Shown here piece by piece: positions 61,583 to 64,000 of a stretch of DNA of 64,000 nt. A program made the translations under genes and the position numbers. Source of the DNA: Pelagomonas calceolata (Eukaryota); NCBI GenBank assembly GCA_918797485.1, contig CAKKNE010000002.1:3534001-3598000 (forward strand), in the 5' to 3' direction. The notes below the pieces were generated by a model. That model was not told the origin of the DNA, did not search any database, and saw only the letters and a program-made list of their open reading frames with translations. Positions within the stretch are counted from its first letter, which is position 1. Every line of letters begins with the position of its first letter.

Positions 61583-62524
61583 AGGCCGTTTGTAATGTGC
61601 GGGTTGGAAATTGGAATACGTCTAGTAGGGTTCCAATGTTTAACAACTTAGACGTTTCTTTGAATTACCTAGCCTGAGCCTGAGGCTACTCCCTATCCCG
61701 AGGCCACTTCGATATCCCCTCAGGTTTGATATGGGGAAGTCGCCTCCCGCTCCTGAGATCACTCCTGCGTATTTTCCAAACCAGCCTGAGAAAGCGCACG
61801 ACTCGGCGGCCTGTCCGCGTCCGCCAGGACCCGGAGTCCGACTCCGGAATCGCTTTTAATGCCCAGCGAGCCGGATACAAAGATTAGCCACATTCAAGTT
61901 CACTGGCCCGGGCAGGCTTGCCACTGCCAGTGATAGTAGACTCGGACTATGGAGCGGGAGATGATTCATCCCCCAGGGCCAGGGTGGCTTCGATAGTCAC
62001 GGTTTCGCGGTCACGGTACCCCGGGGCCTGGACTGTATCATGACCGTGAGGTCGATACGCTCACCGTGACCACCGTGACTGGTGGCCACGGCATGACGGT
62101 CACTCACAACGACCCCCCCCCCTTGCGTAACATGCCTACGTCGCGGTGCCGCCCCGATTTCCGTTGCCGTGAGGCTCCGCAGGGTTTGATATCGTAGCGC
62201 AGCTCCGATTATGGCTTCCAAAGGGTTGCACTTGTCCTCAGTCCCGAAAGTCGATTTATTTATGTCGCCGCGTACGCCGAGAACCTCGAATCGGTCTCTC
62301 GCGATGCTAAGACGGTCGCTATGATACGCCAAGATGACCGTAGCTTCGCCCGGTCGTACCAGCCTGAGGGTAGTAGCAACCGCGCGGGGGGCAGCTTCTG
62401 CGCACGCCCGGCGAGATTTCGTGCGTCTCTTTTTATGCTGAAAAGCAGAGTATCCAGCATTTCCGGGCGCTCGGGCAGGTCCAAGTGCTGGCAACTTGAA
62501 GGGGCCATCCGGCAGGGGGGAAGG

Positions 62525-62911
62525 GGGGGATCAGGGTGTGAGATGTGAGTGTGAGACCGGTTTGGAGGTGTAAGTGTGAGTGTGAGACCGGTCGCAGTTC
62601 TCAGATGTGAGACCCGGGCGACCGTGCGGGTCGCCGGCGCGGCGGCGCCGCGCCGGCGCGGGGCTGCTGGCGGCGCGAAAATGACTGTATTTCCGGCCAT
62701 GCCTTCCAGGCTCTGAATTGGTCTGCCAAGCACGCGTGGCGGCTCTTTTGGCACTTTTGAGGCTAAATTTAGCGATTTTTAGGCAAAAAATCGTTTAAAA
62801 CCCGAATTTACAGGCGTCCAGGTGTGCGATTTTGCGCTTAGATGTGAGTTTGAGGACGCTTCAGACGCCTAGGTGTGAGTGTGAGGACGGATTCTCACAC
62901 GCTGGTCCCCC
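62525..62911. mobile_element. MITE, about 387 bp, with 19-bp TIRs and subterminal GTGTGAG repeats
   Basis: gggggatcagggtgtgaga (62525-62543) vs tctcacacgctggtccccc (62893-62911), 17/19 complementary. (g)tgtgag clusters inside both ends; TSD not resolvable in the G runs. Confidence 0.78.
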
Positions 62912-63119
62912 GGGGGCATTCCCAAGATACTGTGCCAAGGGCCAAGAGAGATCACCCGCACCCGTAGACGCAAACGAGCATACAGGCTTGAGCATACGTA
63001 CCAATTGTCGGCTGCATAGGTACTGTAGGTATCGCACAGTTTCTATCTATCTGTTGATTTAATGATTAGTTGTGCCTGTTGATTTAAGGATTAGATTGTT
63101 GTGTCTGAACCAGTGATAT

Positions 63120-64000
63120 ATGTCATTATTCAAGTTAAAGGACTGGTGGTCTACAACCCTCGGCCACCGTGAACAGTTTAGTGGCGGCGGCCTCGCAGCA
63201 GGAATCATTGATAACTCAGGAAAACCTCGAATAGTATCCGGCTCGTTGCAGGGCTGGCTACGGGTTCACAACCCATTAATGCCCAATAGAACCCCAGACA
63301 GCACAAAAAGCCTACTGTTGGAAGTCCGTCTGGATGCTCCAATCTATCAACTCAAAGTTGGCCGTGCACACGCAATAGCTGTCTTACATCCTAGTAAACT
63401 AAGGGTATGCACATGCTCGGCGCGCACCAATCAGGGCTCGAGTATCGAAACTTCTCATTTGGAGCTAACTGCGCAATATATTCACGACTTCGAAGTGACG
63501 AATATTGGAACGCATGCTTTCTCTATGTGTCTGGGCTCATTTGGGGGGAGTACTGATCGAGAGATGATCCTGGTCCAGCATATGGATGGCCACGTTACAA
63601 TATACGATTACGATGTTATATCAGCGAAGTTTGCATACTTTGAACTGCATCGTAAGGATTATCGCTGCTTTATTTAGGTTGAAATACTCTGCCACTGCTT
63701 CCAGGATTGTTTAGCGCCAGGACCGATCGAGTATGTCCAATCTGCAGATGCATTCGTAACAAGTAACGTGGCCATGTCGATTGCTTGTTATAAGTTTCAG
63801 GTCTTTCAAGTTGTAATTTGTGCTCAGATGTCTACCAACTTACGAATTAGGCACTAGCACATTCCACTAATCAAGACAAGTCAGCCTCACTTCAAACTAG
63901 TGGAACCTTAATTGAAGCCAAAGACAAATGTGTCGTCTTGCCTTGTAACAGCAATAAAACCAGGCGAGTTGTGACAGCAGATTGGATATGTAATGTTGGT
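63120..64000 (+). CDS. BBS9: BBSome subunit BBS9/PTHB1, 5' part (runs off the window)
   Basis: MSLFKLKDWWST, IVSGSLQGWLRV, LLLEVRLDAPIYQLKVG, AVLHPSKL and GSFGGSTDREMILVQHMDG. Confidence 0.92.

Overview
This is eukaryotic nuclear DNA: gene-dense, with very short spliceosomal introns (about 46-77 nt). A stramenopile/pelagophyte-like alga is my tentative guess, not something the sequence proves. About 14 protein genes can be read. Many are ciliary or centriolar: the CFAP44-like 3' end, epsilon-tubulin, IFT172, BBS9, a Sfi1-repeat-like protein and IQ proteins. The rest are G-protein beta, two kinesins, SPT5, MCM5, APC2, a GNAT and a split-FKBP/C2 protein. Intergenic DNA holds GC-richer transposon relics and MITEs. 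The most striking signal is non-coding. The apparent word salad of the spacers (aacttgaa, agcctgag, accgtgac, atcatgat, gactcgga, cactggca and others) follows one rule, XY-C-revcomp(XY)-G-XY, a net 6-bp insertion at any dinucleotide. These units nest recursively (five units collapse to one dinucleotide), and paralog pairs in the window show filled versus empty sites. I interpret them as accumulated hairpin-type transposon excision scars. A second family, TA-(G/GG/CC/CCG/CGG)-TA arrays, sits just 5' of the ciliary genes but not the housekeeping genes. Introns show frequent inferred GC donors and an invariant AG|G acceptor. No rRNA, tRNA, CRISPR array or intact transposase was seen. All calls come from reading the sequence, with no database searches.
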